DNA from: Bacteroidales bacterium
GTDB lineage: Bacteria; Bacteroidota; Bacteroidia; Bacteroidales; UBA10428
Direction: 5' to 3'
DNA length: 64,000 nucleotides
Assembly (NCBI GenBank): GCA_016938235.1
Contig: JAFGVA010000223.1
Coordinates: 406 to 64,405 of the forward strand
The notes under the pieces: model-generated
The model's database searches: none
Told to the model about the DNA's origin: nothing
The model's input: the letters and a program-made list of their open reading frames with translations, nothing else
Shown here: one piece after another, positions 19,389 through 30,420 of the stretch
Position numbering within the stretch: position 1 is the stretch's first letter
How the letters are laid out: each line of letters opens with the position of its first letter
Position numbers and translations under genes: made by a program

Positions 19389-20555
19389 TTAATGATGTTC
19401 TTCAACAGCCATTCCGAAATAAATAGCTGATAAGAACGTGAATACATAAGCTTGAATAAAAGCAACAAGTAGCTCCAGAAAGGTCATAAAAATTATAAAA
19501 CCTACAGAAACTATCGAGATACCATATCCTTGTATTTTACCCATTTCGCCAAATAAGAAAACCAGAGATAGAAAGCCCAGGGCAATAATATGCCCGGCTG
19601 TTATGTTGGCAAAAAGTCGTACCATTAAAACAAACGGCTTTGTTAATACGCCTAAAAATTCAACAAATGGCATTAAGGGTATTGGAACTTTTAACCACCA
19701 GGGCACTCCTGGAGTGTTGAAAATATGTTTCCAATATGTTTTATTTCCACTAATTGTTGTAATAAAGAATGTAAACAGAGCAAGAACAAGTGTAACAGAT
19801 ATATTACCCGTAAGATTTGCACCTCCTGGGAAAAACGGAACAAGTCCGAGCATGTTGTTTATCCAGATGAAGAAGAATACAGTAAGGAGAAAGGGAAGAA
19901 ATTTTTCATACTTCTTTATTCCTATTGAGGGTATTGCAATTTCATCGCGAACAAAAATAATCATGGGTTCAACCCACGACTGAAGGCCACTGGGCGCTTT
20001 TATAGGTTTTTTTTGATATGCTTTTCCAACAGAAATAAAAATCCATAGAATAAGGATGATTCCAATAAAAAGAGAAGCAATATTTTTTGTAAAAGAAATA
20101 TCAAAAGGGATCACTTTTGTTCCGTCTGAAAGTGTTTCAATAATCTTACCTTTTACTTCTTTATGGTTTACAGTTTCTCCTTCAGCTGCTATATGAAAGT
20201 TACGAAATGAAGCATGGCCATGATGGAATTTTGATGACATAAAAACATTTAAGCCAGACTCTGAACTATAAAGAATGATGGGTAAAGGTATGCTTACACT
20301 TTTTTTGCCTATATCAATAATATGCCAGTCATAAGCATCGCTGATATGATCAAACATAAACTTCCCGGGTTCAAAAGCTTCATGTGTATTGTGTTCTTCA
20401 GTTTGATGCTCTGAGTTATCTGTATAATGGTCAGTTTGTTGTTCGGTATGGTCTTGATGATTCTGCTTCGGTTCTTCTGAAGCATTTATTGGTTTAAGAA
20501 TGTATAACAGTATAACAAAAACGGGGATTATCCGAAAAGCTTTACCTTCTGTCAT
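19389..20555 (-). CDS. atpB: F0 ATP synthase subunit a, with His/Glu/Thr-rich N-terminal region
   Basis: 388 aa. Essential-Arg motif VRLFANITAGH near the C-terminus. Residues about 25-60 read EEPKQNHQDHTEQQTDHYTDNSEHQTEEHNTHE. Confidence 0.9.
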   Translation of the reverse strand: MTEGKAFRIIPVFVILLYILKPINASEEPKQNHQDHTEQQTDHYTDNSEHQTEEHNTHEAFEPGKFMFDHISDAYDWHIIDIGKKSVSIPLPIILYSSESGLNVFMSSKFHHGHASFRNFHIAAEGETVNHKEVKGKIIETLSDGTKVIPFDISFTKNIASLFIGIILILWIFISVGKAYQKKPIKAPSGLQSWVEPMIIFVRDEIAIPSIGIKKYEKFLPFLLTVFFFIWINNMLGLVPFFPGGANLTGNISVTLVLALFTFFITTISGNKTYWKHIFNTPGVPWWLKVPIPLMPFVEFLGVLTKPFVLMVRLFANITAGHIIALGFLSLVFLFGEMGKIQGYGISIVSVGFIIFMTFLELLVAFIQAYVFTFLSAIYFGMAVEEHH

Positions 20556-20606
20556 TTGAATATTTTTGTCATTTTATACTAAAGTTATAAAAAACTGTTT
20601 AGAATT

Positions 20607-20996
20607 TTACTTCTTATTTGATATAGTTTTTAAAAATTTCAATATTTCAGAAAGCAAAACAAGGGTATTGGCTACATAGATGAGGAATAAGTACAGGATA
20701 AATATTAATCTTGGCTGTGTTTCTTTTGTGAGAACCAGGTATATCATTGCCAGAATGATATAGGAGAAAAACTTAATTCCTAAAAGAGCGGAGATCATTG
20801 TGCTGAAATTTCTGGCAATACGTGTTGAAGTGCAGGCTGTAAAGGCTAAAATATTAATAAGAAAAGCACTTAAAGGCACCATAAACAAGTACCAGGCATT
20901 AGGAAGAACAATATTTTTTGTAAGGATATAGGATGAAAAAACGCCAAGAGCCAGAATGATTATTGATTTTGTGAGGATGTTTTTTGTTGCCTTCAT
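20607..20996 (-). CDS. Small 4-TM membrane protein encoded within the atp operon (function unknown)
   Basis: 129 aa, hydrophobic. Has a 4-nt ATGA overlap with the upstream AtpZ-like gene and lies 51 nt upstream of atpB. Confidence 0.6.
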   Translation of the reverse strand: MKATKNILTKSIIILALGVFSSYILTKNIVLPNAWYLFMVPLSAFLINILAFTACTSTRIARNFSTMISALLGIKFFSYIILAMIYLVLTKETQPRLIFILYLFLIYVANTLVLLSEILKFLKTISNKK

Positions 20997-21253
20997 TTGC
21001 TTTCAGGTTTTTTAAATTCTTTTCGAAGTGCAAAATAGATGGCAAGTACAACTCCTAAAACAGATAATATTGCAGTTAATAAAGGTTTTGTGCCGAATAA
21101 ATTATCGAGCTTAATACCCAAAAATACTCCCCCAAGCATTAAAAAAAGCATTTCAAATGCAAGTCCGGAATATTGTGCAACAAAATTGAGTTTACTTTTT
21201 ATCTGTTCCGGCGATTTCTTTATCTGCTTCGGTTTTCGGGGCTGTTGAACCAT
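20993..21253 (-). CDS. AtpZ/AtpI-family small membrane protein
   Basis: 86 aa. K-rich N-terminus followed by YSGLAFEMLFLMLGGVFLGIKLD, in the position classically occupied by atpI. The start is uncertain: the only ATG overlaps the bactofilin gene by 62 nt. Confidence 0.65.
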   Translation of the reverse strand: MVQQPRKPKQIKKSPEQIKSKLNFVAQYSGLAFEMLFLMLGGVFLGIKLDNLFGTKPLLTAILSVLGVVLAIYFALRKEFKKPESK

Positions 21254-21590
21254 TCATATTGCAGTTTCCGGTAAATTTAGCACCTGGCTCAATGGCAAGT
21301 CTTTTGGCCATAAGATCACCTTCGACCAGCGATGTACTTTTCAGCGTAAGAAGTTCCTGGGCAACTACACGTCCTTCAATCTTTCCCTCAATATCAGAGT
21401 TTTTACAATAAACTTCTCCTTTCACCTGACCGGTAGGTCCAATTATGAGTTTCCCGCTTGTCTTAAGATTACCAACAAGGTTTCCATCGAAACGTATATC
21501 GTTCGATGATTCGATATTTCCTTTAATAACTGTTCCTGCAACAATCATGTTTACAGAATTACTGGTTTCCGGTTCGTATGTTTTAGCCAT
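21192..21590 (-). CDS. Bactofilin-family (CcmA-like) polymer-forming protein
   Basis: 132 aa. Repetitive beta-helix pattern: IKGNIESSNDIRFDGNLVGNLKTSGKLIIGPTGQVKGEVYCKNSDIEGKIEGRV. Confidence 0.8.
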   Translation of the reverse strand: MAKTYEPETSNSVNMIVAGTVIKGNIESSNDIRFDGNLVGNLKTSGKLIIGPTGQVKGEVYCKNSDIEGKIEGRVVAQELLTLKSTSLVEGDLMAKRLAIEPGAKFTGNCNMNGSTAPKTEADKEIAGTDKK

Positions 21591-21660
21591 GAGTCTACTT
21601 TTTTTAATAATTAGTTAGTAAGTTTTGGTAAAGATAATATTTTGTGAAATTAATATTTTA

Positions 21661-21668
21661 CAAAGATA
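21661..21668 (-). promoter_or_regulatory. Candidate -7 box for the bactofilin-atp operon
   Basis: Plus-strand CAAAGATA equals minus-strand TATCTTTG. It sits just past the fabH terminator and 71 nt upstream of the bactofilin ATG. Confidence 0.4.
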
Positions 21669-21673
21669 TCAAC

Positions 21674-21702
21674 GAAAAAAAACCCGGAAAATTTTCCGGG
21701 TT
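21674..21702 (-). terminator. Rho-independent terminator after fabH
   Basis: Minus-strand AACCCGGAAAATTTTCCGGGTT followed by TTTTTTCG, placed 10 nt after the fabH stop. Confidence 0.8.
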
Positions 21703-21711
21703 CGAATATTA

Positions 21712-22710
21712 TTAGGCTGGGTCGTAAGCCCATTTCAGAAATACACTCCCAAAAGTGAACCCTGCTCCAAAGGCGGTTAAGATAAGATTATCGCCTTTTT
21801 TGAGTTTTTTCTCAAAATCCCAGAAGCACAAAGGAATGGTTGCTGAGGTAGTATTACCGTATCTTTCGATATTGACCAGTACTTGTTCAGGATTAATACC
21901 CATTCGTCGGCCAACTGCTTCAATAATTCTTTTATTTGCCTGGTGTGGAACTAAATATGCTAAATCGTTTGGCCCAATATTATTACGTTCCATAATTTCT
22001 ACCGACAAATCCGACATTTTTGAAACTGCAGCTTTAAAAACCACCTGGCCTTCCTGGTAAACAAAATGTTCCAGGTTATCCACTGTTTCATGCGACGAAG
22101 GTCTCAATGAACCCCCGGCTTTTATATGCAGATTGGCAGCACCTGCTCCGTCAGAACCAAGTATCCTGTCCATAACACCAACTTCTTCTTCGGTGGGCTC
22201 AATTAATACAGCGCCGGCTCCATCTCCGAAAAGAGGGCAGGTTGTACGATCGGCGTAATTTGTAATCGACGACATCATATCGGCACCAACAAGAATGGCT
22301 TTTTTATAGGCGCCGCTTTCGATCATTCTTGAAACAATTTCAAGTCCATAAATGAAACCCGAACATGCTGCGCTGATATCGTAATTAAAGGCATTTTTTA
22401 ATCCGAGCTTGTGTGTAATTATATTTGATGTTGCCGGAAATGGCATATCAGAAGTAATTGTCGGGCAAACCAACAGATCAATAGCTGAAGGATCAGTATT
22501 TGTTTTCTCCAGAAGTTCGGTTATAGCTCTTACAGCTAAATCGGAAGTAGCTTTACCTTTTTCCTTTAGAATTCTTCTCTCTTTAATGCCGATGCGCTGC
22601 ATAATCCATTCATCGGATGTATCAACCATCTGACTAAGTTCGTCGTTATCTAACCTGTAATCCGGCACATAGCCCCCAACACCGGTAATGGCGGCTCTTA
22701 TTTTACTCAT
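21712..22710 (-). CDS. fabH: 3-oxoacyl-ACP synthase III
   Basis: 332 aa with active-site Cys in SAACSGF and a typical KAS III sequence (VPHQANKRII, GNTTSATIPL). Confidence 0.95.
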   Translation of the reverse strand: MSKIRAAITGVGGYVPDYRLDNDELSQMVDTSDEWIMQRIGIKERRILKEKGKATSDLAVRAITELLEKTNTDPSAIDLLVCPTITSDMPFPATSNIITHKLGLKNAFNYDISAACSGFIYGLEIVSRMIESGAYKKAILVGADMMSSITNYADRTTCPLFGDGAGAVLIEPTEEEVGVMDRILGSDGAGAANLHIKAGGSLRPSSHETVDNLEHFVYQEGQVVFKAAVSKMSDLSVEIMERNNIGPNDLAYLVPHQANKRIIEAVGRRMGINPEQVLVNIERYGNTTSATIPLCFWDFEKKLKKGDNLILTAFGAGFTFGSVFLKWAYDPA

Positions 22711-23648
22711 TATTCGAATGCTTGTTTGATTTTCTCTGATAGATTCGATTTAACAACATCGGTTGTATGCAGGATCATGTTTTTTATAGCTACATCATTG
22801 GATATACCATGAGCAATAATAGCCGGAGCATTAATGCCTAGTACCGGGGTTCCGCCATACCTGGTAAAATCCCATTTATCAAAGAAAGGATCCTTAATAT
22901 TTCTTTTACGGATAAGCTTATAGAAAGCTTCGGCTTCTTTTAAAATAGTGTTGCCTACAAATCCATCACAAACAATAACATCAACATCGTTACTAAAGAG
23001 ATCGGTTCCCTCAACATTTCCAACAAAATTGAAATCTTTTGTTCCCTTCATTGCCTGGAATGCTGCTTTTGTTTGCAGGTTCCCTTTTTCTTCTTCCGAA
23101 CCAATATTAAACAAAGCTACGCGCGGGTTTTCTATATTATATACCCATTCGGCATAGAGCGAACCCAAAATGCCATATTGATAGAGCACATCTGGTTTAC
23201 AATCGGGATTAATTCCTGCATCAAGAACCAAGGTTGGCTTATCAGAGTCTTTTGGGATAGGAGCAGCGATACACGGACGAATTATACCCGGAATTGATTT
23301 CACGATATGCATAGCACCTACAAGCATAGCACCTGTATTACCTGCACTTCCAAAACCTTCAATTTTACCTGCCTGTAAATACTTAAATCCCAACACAATA
23401 CTGGCATTGGGTTTTTCTTTAAAAGCTTTGGCAGGGTACTCGTCCATTCCAATGCTTTCGGTTGTGTGTATAATCTCGAATACGGAAGGATCGAAATTCT
23501 GTTCAGCACAAACCTCTTCAATTTTAGCCTGATCGCCAAAAAGGACAAGTGTTGCTTTGTCCTTAAGATCATAATAAGCTAAAATTGCTCCCTGGATGGT
23601 AGCTTCCGGAGCGTAATCGCCGCCAAGAATGTCAACACCTATTCTCAT
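22710..23648 (-). CDS. plsX: Phosphate acyltransferase PlsX
   Basis: 312 aa starting MRIGVDILGGDYAPE, with GFVGNTILK. 1-nt overlap with the fabH start. Confidence 0.93.
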   Translation of the reverse strand: MRIGVDILGGDYAPEATIQGAILAYYDLKDKATLVLFGDQAKIEEVCAEQNFDPSVFEIIHTTESIGMDEYPAKAFKEKPNASIVLGFKYLQAGKIEGFGSAGNTGAMLVGAMHIVKSIPGIIRPCIAAPIPKDSDKPTLVLDAGINPDCKPDVLYQYGILGSLYAEWVYNIENPRVALFNIGSEEEKGNLQTKAAFQAMKGTKDFNFVGNVEGTDLFSNDVDVIVCDGFVGNTILKEAEAFYKLIRKRNIKDPFFDKWDFTRYGGTPVLGINAPAIIAHGISNDVAIKNMILHTTDVVKSNLSEKIKQAFE

Positions 23649-23673
23649 ACCTTATTATTAAAGGATTCGAATA

Positions 23674-23859
23674 CTAAAGCGCTGATTCTTTTTCGATAGC
23701 TAATTTTCCTTTGTAGTGTCCACACTCAGGACAAACGCGGTGGTACAGAATTGTTGCTCCGCAATTTTGACAAGATGCCAAAGTAGGAGCTTCGGCTTTG
23801 TAATGGGTCCTTCTTTTGTCTCTTCTGGTTTTAGAAATTTTTCTCTTCGGATGTGCCAT
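23674..23859 (-). CDS. rpmF: 50S ribosomal protein L32
   Basis: 61 aa. [21 protein letters not shown] plus a CxxC..CxxC zinc ribbon. Confidence 0.93.
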   Translation of the reverse strand: MAHPKRKISKTRRDKRRTHYKAEAPTLASCQNCGATILYHRVCPECGHYKGKLAIEKESAL

Positions 23860-23861
23860 TT

Positions 23862-24410
23862 TTATTCGTTTTTATTTCCTTCGTCTAATAAGTCTTTTAA
23901 TTTAGACCACCTGGGATCTATATTATTGTCTTCTATACTGTCTTTGATTGAATGCGACTGAATTATATTTATCATTTTTTCATCACAACCGATATTTCCA
24001 AACTCATCATCAGGATGAAATTTTTGAAGAGGAATACTTAATCCGATACAATCATAAAAGTATTGATTCAAATCGAGCATATCTTCACTAGGATGCAGGT
24101 AAATCATTTCATTATCTGGTTCTTCAGCCTCCTCTTTAAATTTAACAAACAGTTTTCCCGAGTAATTAAGGTTATAATCAAAATTTTCGAGACATCTGTC
24201 GCACTGAATTTTTATAACTCCGCTAATAGTTGTGCGGAGTTCAAGAAAACTCGATTTTTTAGTTAAAATCACCTGTGCTGACAAGTTACCATCTGTTACT
24301 TCTAAAGCACTATTCAATTCAAAGAACTCTTTTTCGAACGTAAAATCAAAATAATGAGACTCTTCTTTAAGACCTTTGAAAGGGATAATATACTGGTATT
24401 CAACTTTCAA
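23862..24410 (-). CDS. YceD/DUF177-family protein
   Basis: 182 aa, acidic, with CDRC motif. Conserved position immediately upstream of rpmF-plsX-fabH. Confidence 0.75.
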   Translation of the reverse strand: MKVEYQYIIPFKGLKEESHYFDFTFEKEFFELNSALEVTDGNLSAQVILTKKSSFLELRTTISGVIKIQCDRCLENFDYNLNYSGKLFVKFKEEAEEPDNEMIYLHPSEDMLDLNQYFYDCIGLSIPLQKFHPDDEFGNIGCDEKMINIIQSHSIKDSIEDNNIDPRWSKLKDLLDEGNKNE

Positions 24411-24432
24411 ATTACGTCCGTTTTAAGTCGTG

Positions 24433-24440
24433 CAAAAGTA
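24433..24440 (-). promoter_or_regulatory. Candidate -7 box for the yceD-like-rpmF-plsX-fabH operon
   Basis: Plus-strand CAAAAGTA equals minus-strand TACTTTTG, 23 nt upstream of the ATG at 24410. Confidence 0.4.
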
Positions 24441-24511
24441 GAAATATTATTGAAAATAAAAAAGAAAAAAAAAGATTTGAATAAATTATCGCGCCAATAG
24501 CACCTTACGAC

Positions 24512-24901
24512 TTATTTTTTAAGCTCTTCAAAGTGTTTTTCGATGGTCTCAATTAAGGTGTCAATGAAGTAATCGTCTTTAACAACGTATTTTTGAGCGC
24601 CATACTTCATAAACTCCGAGATTGTGTCCTCACTTTTTTCGCGACTTAAAATTATAACAGGGGTATCTTTCCCGGCTTCCCTGATTTGTTTCAGGGTATC
24701 AAGACCCGAAAGTGAATTATCTTCATGTCCGCCCATATAGTAGTCCAGCACAATAAGGTTTGGATCGAGGTTGATATTTTTAATACAATCTTCGCCCGAC
24801 ATAAATGATTTAACCTGGAAGCCTTCTCTGCAATTAAAGGTATACTCCATTAAATTGAGCATCATTTTGTCATCATCAACAAAAAAAACAAGCTTCTCCA
24901 T
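24512..24901 (-). CDS. Stand-alone response-regulator receiver domain protein
   Basis: 129 aa. Acidic pocket VDDD, phospho-acceptor-type Asp in LIVLDYYM, then ILS and VVKD. No output domain. Confidence 0.8.
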   Translation of the reverse strand: MEKLVFFVDDDKMMLNLMEYTFNCREGFQVKSFMSGEDCIKNINLDPNLIVLDYYMGGHEDNSLSGLDTLKQIREAGKDTPVIILSREKSEDTISEFMKYGAQKYVVKDDYFIDTLIETIEKHFEELKK

Positions 24902-24948
24902 TTAAGAATTTTCAGATAAAGATAAGGGCGATTATTTTGTATTGGTTG

Positions 24949-24956
24949 CAAATATA
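24949..24956 (-). promoter_or_regulatory. Candidate -7 box for the receiver-domain gene
   Basis: Plus-strand CAAATATA equals minus-strand TATATTTG, 48 nt upstream of the ATG at 24901. Confidence 0.35.
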
Positions 24957-25112
24957 AAACCTTAGTTCTTTTATACAAAGATTTTTTTCTACAGAATTCG
25001 AGGAAATAAATTCAGCAGGTAAGACGAATATGTTTGCAGATATATAATCGTTAGTATAAATTCTTTTTAGTTTTTTTATTCGTGGAAAATCAATAACTTT
25101 ATTGTTAAGTGA

Positions 25113-25120
25113 TACATTTG
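25113..25120 (+). promoter_or_regulatory. Candidate -7 box for atpDC
   Basis: TACATTTG, 26 nt upstream of the atpD ATG. Confidence 0.45.
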
Positions 25121-25139
25121 TGCAATTATTAAACGATAA

Positions 25140-26660
<1,521 letters not shown>

Positions 26661-26671
26661 AACTCATAATT

Positions 26672-26911
26672 GTGAAACTTGAAATACTTACACCTGATAA
26701 AAGCTTATTTAAAGGCGAGGTTAAATCGGTTTATGTTCCCGGGGAAAAAGGAGCTTTTATGATTTTGAATAATCATGCCCCGATAATTTCAACCTTATTA
26801 AAAGGAACAATTAATGTGTTAACCAAAGATTTCAAGGAAGAGCACTTCGAGATAAACAGTGGAGTGATCGATGTTAAATCTAATGAGATAGTAATTCTTG
26901 CCGATATGTAA
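26672..26911 (+). CDS. atpC: F1 ATP synthase subunit epsilon (short form, beta-sandwich only)
   Basis: 79 aa with GTG start, directly after atpD. Lacks the C-terminal helical hairpin found in longer epsilons. Confidence 0.85.
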   Translation: MKLEILTPDKSLFKGEVKSVYVPGEKGAFMILNNHAPIISTLLKGTINVLTKDFKEEHFEINSGVIDVKSNEIVILADM

Positions 26912-26926
26912 TTTTCAAAAATTAGT

Positions 26927-27652
26927 ATGAAGGCTTTTTTCATCTTTTCTTTCTTTTTGCTTAGCCTTGTCTCTTTTTCTCAGGAGAAAGTTAGTTTTTA
27001 TGCAGAAGACAGCCTGAAAATCACGGCTGATTTATACCTGTTGGAAAATCGTAAACCCTTTATTGTTTTATTGCATCAGGCAGGTTCAGGCAGGGGAGAA
27101 TACAACGAGATTGCCCCAAAACTAAATAAACTGGGATACAATTGCCTGGCTGTAGATTTACGTTCGGGACAAAAATCTAACTCGAAACAGAATGAAACTG
27201 CCGAAAGGGCCAAAGAAGGCAAATACCCGAATAAATACCTCGACGCTGTTCGGGATATTGATGCTTCAATAAACTATGTTCGAAAATTTAATAAGTTGCC
27301 TGTGGTACTTTTTGGCAGCAGCTATTCGGCTTCACTCGCTCTTCTTCAGGCGGCTAAGTCTGACGAAATAAGTGCTGTTATAGCTTTTAGTCCGGGCGAA
27401 TATTTTCAGCCGGAACTTGAAGTGAGAGAGGAAATTTCTTCTTTAAATAAACCTTTGTTTATTGCCTCAACAAAAAGAGAATACAACTATGTTAAAGAAC
27501 TAGTTGCCGACACAAATTCGGAAATAAGTTTTTTTAAACCTTCCGAAGGTGACGGAGTTCATGGTGCAAGTGCATTATGGGAAAAAAGTAACGCGAGTGA
27601 GGAATGCTGGTTGAATTTATCGTTTTTCTTCAGGAAGTTGAAAGAAATATAG
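26927..27652 (+). CDS. Secreted alpha/beta-hydrolase-fold protein
   Basis: 241 aa with signal peptide. Nucleophile-elbow-like GSSYSA, dienelactone-hydrolase-like size, late DGVHG. Confidence 0.6.
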   Translation: MKAFFIFSFFLLSLVSFSQEKVSFYAEDSLKITADLYLLENRKPFIVLLHQAGSGRGEYNEIAPKLNKLGYNCLAVDLRSGQKSNSKQNETAERAKEGKYPNKYLDAVRDIDASINYVRKFNKLPVVLFGSSYSASLALLQAAKSDEISAVIAFSPGEYFQPELEVREEISSLNKPLFIASTKREYNYVKELVADTNSEISFFKPSEGDGVHGASALWEKSNASEECWLNLSFFFRKLKEI

Positions 27653-27718
27653 ATTAAACTAAATAAGCTACTTTTACCAAAACAGAATTATGAATCGAGC
27701 ATAATAAAATAAATTCAA

Positions 27719-28090
27719 GTGAAAATAGAAGTATCAAACGGAGAGATTATTGACAAGCTTACCATTATAGAGATTAAGCTTGAACGCATTGAGAATAAGG
27801 ATAAGATACAAAATCTGAAAAAAGAACACAATGTTTTAAACCAGGCTGCAGAGCAAATTATTTCAAAAGACGATGAACTTTACAAAGCACTATATGAAAT
27901 AAACTGCAAACTCTGGGATATTGAAGATACAATAAGAGATCTGGAGCGAAATAAAGATTTTGGACAGCATTTTATTGAGACTGCGCGTGCTGTATATTTC
28001 AGCAACGATAAACGTTCTGAAATAAAACGACAAATAAACATTAAAACAGGGAGCAACCTGGTTGAAGAAAAATCGTACGAAAAATATTAA
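27719..28090 (+). CDS. Small helical hypothetical protein coupled to the GT9 gene
   Basis: 123 aa with GTG start, charged and helical. 29-nt overlap with the downstream GT9 ORF. No motif I can name. Confidence 0.5.
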   Translation: MKIEVSNGEIIDKLTIIEIKLERIENKDKIQNLKKEHNVLNQAAEQIISKDDELYKALYEINCKLWDIEDTIRDLERNKDFGQHFIETARAVYFSNDKRSEIKRQINIKTGSNLVEEKSYEKY

Positions 28091-29153
28091 TTCTGAACAG
28101 AAGCATCTTCTGGTTTTCAGGTTCTCTGCTATGGGCGATGTTGTTTTAACATTACCTGTGGTTCGTGGTGTTTTAAACTCTAACCCAAACATAAAAATCA
28201 CAATTGTAACAAGGGATTTTTTCGCACCTTTTTTCCGGGGAATTGACAGACTTGACACCTTTCCGGCTGAATTTTCCGGGAAGCACAAAGGGTTAATGGG
28301 TTTAATTAACTTATATAGAGAACTTAAGAAACTTGGTAGTTATGATGCAATTGTTGATTTGCATGCAGTAATAAGAACAGAGGTTTTAAAGTTTCTGTTT
28401 AGCTTTAATAAACTTAGGGCCTATACCCTTGTTAAGGACAGGCATATAAAGGAAAAGTACCTTCATTTAAAAAATGAACCAAAGCTTAAGCATTCCATAG
28501 AAAGATACAGAGACGTTTTTAAAAGATTGGGAATTGACACCAGTATAGCCGAATTGCCTTCTTTCATATTAAAAAAGGAAGTGAAGGATAAAGCTCAGAC
28601 CTTTCTGGATGAGGAAAACACTTCGGGAAAAACGGTTATTGGAATTGCCCCTTTTGCTAAACACAAACTTAAAATGTGGCCAATTAAGCGAATACGAAAT
28701 TTTATTGCTGAGTTGGAGAAGAAGGAAAACATACATATCCTGCTATTTGGTGGTGGCCGGCATGAAAAAGAACAATTAAAGTTGCTTGCTGACAGGTATA
28801 AGAATTGTTCGATGGTGGATCTTGAACTTGAAAGCGAGCTTGCTCTTATGCCAAAGCTCGATTGTATGATAAGCATGGACTCGGCGAATATGCATATTGC
28901 AGCTCTATCGGGTATTCCGGTTTTCTCGGTTTGGGGCGCCACGCATCCCGGTTTGGGTTTCGAGGCCTGGCAGCAGCCAAAAGAAAACACCATTCAAATT
29001 ACGAAAGAAGAGTTACCCTGCAGGCCTTGTACTATATACGGTAAAGGAATATGCCATCGCGGAGATTTTGCCTGTATGGAACGCATAACACCAGCAATGG
29101 TTATCAACAGATTGGTTCAATCGGGAATAATTGAAAGAGAAAAGGCACATTGA
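28062..29153 (+). CDS. Glycosyltransferase family 9 (heptosyltransferase-like)
   Basis: 363 aa. N-terminal LLVFRFSAMGDVVLTLPVV (the GT9 signature region) and C-terminal DSANMHIAAL..PVFSVWG. Confidence 0.8.
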   Translation: MKKNRTKNINSEQKHLLVFRFSAMGDVVLTLPVVRGVLNSNPNIKITIVTRDFFAPFFRGIDRLDTFPAEFSGKHKGLMGLINLYRELKKLGSYDAIVDLHAVIRTEVLKFLFSFNKLRAYTLVKDRHIKEKYLHLKNEPKLKHSIERYRDVFKRLGIDTSIAELPSFILKKEVKDKAQTFLDEENTSGKTVIGIAPFAKHKLKMWPIKRIRNFIAELEKKENIHILLFGGGRHEKEQLKLLADRYKNCSMVDLELESELALMPKLDCMISMDSANMHIAALSGIPVFSVWGATHPGLGFEAWQQPKENTIQITKEELPCRPCTIYGKGICHRGDFACMERITPAMVINRLVQSGIIEREKAH

Positions 29154-29158
29154 CAAAA

Positions 29159-30382
29159 CTACTTACCAATATAATATCGATATATCTGGTCTGCAGCATG
29201 ATTTCCAGACCTGTTCGAAACAAAAAAACCTTCTTTCTCCGTAGCCTGAATGAAATAAAAATCATCAAATGAACTGTTAACAGGCAATCCAAGATTCTCT
29301 ATTTGGGTAGTTTCAAAGTTAAGTCTGAAAACATCAAGCCCCCCATATCCGGGCTTTCCATCAGACGAAAAATAAAGGAAGTCATCCGTTAAAAAGGGAT
29401 AGCCTTCGTTAAGAAAACTATTTACAGTTGGCCCCATATTTTGAGGTAAGTCCCATCCGCTTTCTGTTTTAATGGTATAGTAAATATCGAATCCTCCGTA
29501 ACCACCCAGCATATTCGACGAGAAGTACAAAGTTTTGCCATCTTTTGAAATACATGGATGGGTACAACTAAAATCGATATGATTGAATGGGAGCGCTGCT
29601 GGAGAAGTTTTTTCCTGCGAAAGGTTTGCAGTATAAATGAAAAGGTTATTGACATCTCCGGCTCCAATCTTTTTTCTGTTTCTTCCTGAATTTGAATAAG
29701 CAACTAAATCAACTGCGCTTGCACTAAAATACAGAATATTGTTTTTTATATCGAAGGAAGGGGAGTTTGTATTCAGCGGAAATTCAATATTAGCTAAATT
29801 TCCTAGCAGTTCGTCTTGCCTGCCGCTATAGGCAAAAGTCAGGTTTTGAGTTCTTTGTTCCGATAGATTTAACACAAAAAATAAAATATCGCGGTACAGG
29901 GAAATTCCAAAACTACTGTTAGCCGGGAGGTCATTTAAAAGAGTGATAGAAACAGATTTGTCTGTTGTATTGTTACTTAAGGCATATGTGCATTTTTGCA
30001 GAAGAATATCTTCCATAAATAGTCCGGCATCTGAAGACTGTAAGAGTTGTTGTGCATCTTTATAGTTGCCCGATTCAATCAGGGCATTTGAATATTCAAT
30101 TAGCTGTTCGGGTTCCAGAACATAGCCTGAAGAAGCTGTTTTTTTGAAATAATCAACCGCTTTAAATGGTTGGTGCAGACAATAATAACAAGAAGCTATT
30201 TTAAGGTTATTTTGTGCTATCTCAATAATGTCTGTCAGATTCACTTCCAGCTGAAGATAAATGGCTAATGCTTCGTTATAACGACCTTTGTCATAATAAT
30301 TATTAGCCTGGGATATTTTTTTTGACTGAGCCAGGCAGATTACAGGAACAAAAGCAAGTATTAAAAGCAAGCTTCTCAACAC
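29159..30382 (-). CDS. TPR plus PD40 (TolB-like beta-propeller repeat) protein, T9SS-cluster associated, with no OmpA domain
   Basis: 407 aa with signal peptide and N-terminal TPR-like repeats. PD40-type repeats LYFSSNMLGGYGGFDIYY and LYFSSDGKPGYGGLDVFR. The ORF ends without an OmpA/peptidoglycan-binding segment. Confidence 0.7.
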   Translation of the reverse strand: MLRSLLLILAFVPVICLAQSKKISQANNYYDKGRYNEALAIYLQLEVNLTDIIEIAQNNLKIASCYYCLHQPFKAVDYFKKTASSGYVLEPEQLIEYSNALIESGNYKDAQQLLQSSDAGLFMEDILLQKCTYALSNNTTDKSVSITLLNDLPANSSFGISLYRDILFFVLNLSEQRTQNLTFAYSGRQDELLGNLANIEFPLNTNSPSFDIKNNILYFSASAVDLVAYSNSGRNRKKIGAGDVNNLFIYTANLSQEKTSPAALPFNHIDFSCTHPCISKDGKTLYFSSNMLGGYGGFDIYYTIKTESGWDLPQNMGPTVNSFLNEGYPFLTDDFLYFSSDGKPGYGGLDVFRLNFETTQIENLGLPVNSSFDDFYFIQATEKEGFFVSNRSGNHAADQIYRYYIGK

Positions 30383-30420
30383 AAATCCTTTTTACTAACT
30401 GTTTCTAATAATCACACTTT

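Noticed and set aside
21192-21253. Frameshift or sequencing error explaining the bactofilin / AtpZ-like overlap
   Set aside because: Both reading frames give family-typical sequence on either side with no disrupted motif. I report it as an overlap with an uncertain start rather than a pseudogene.
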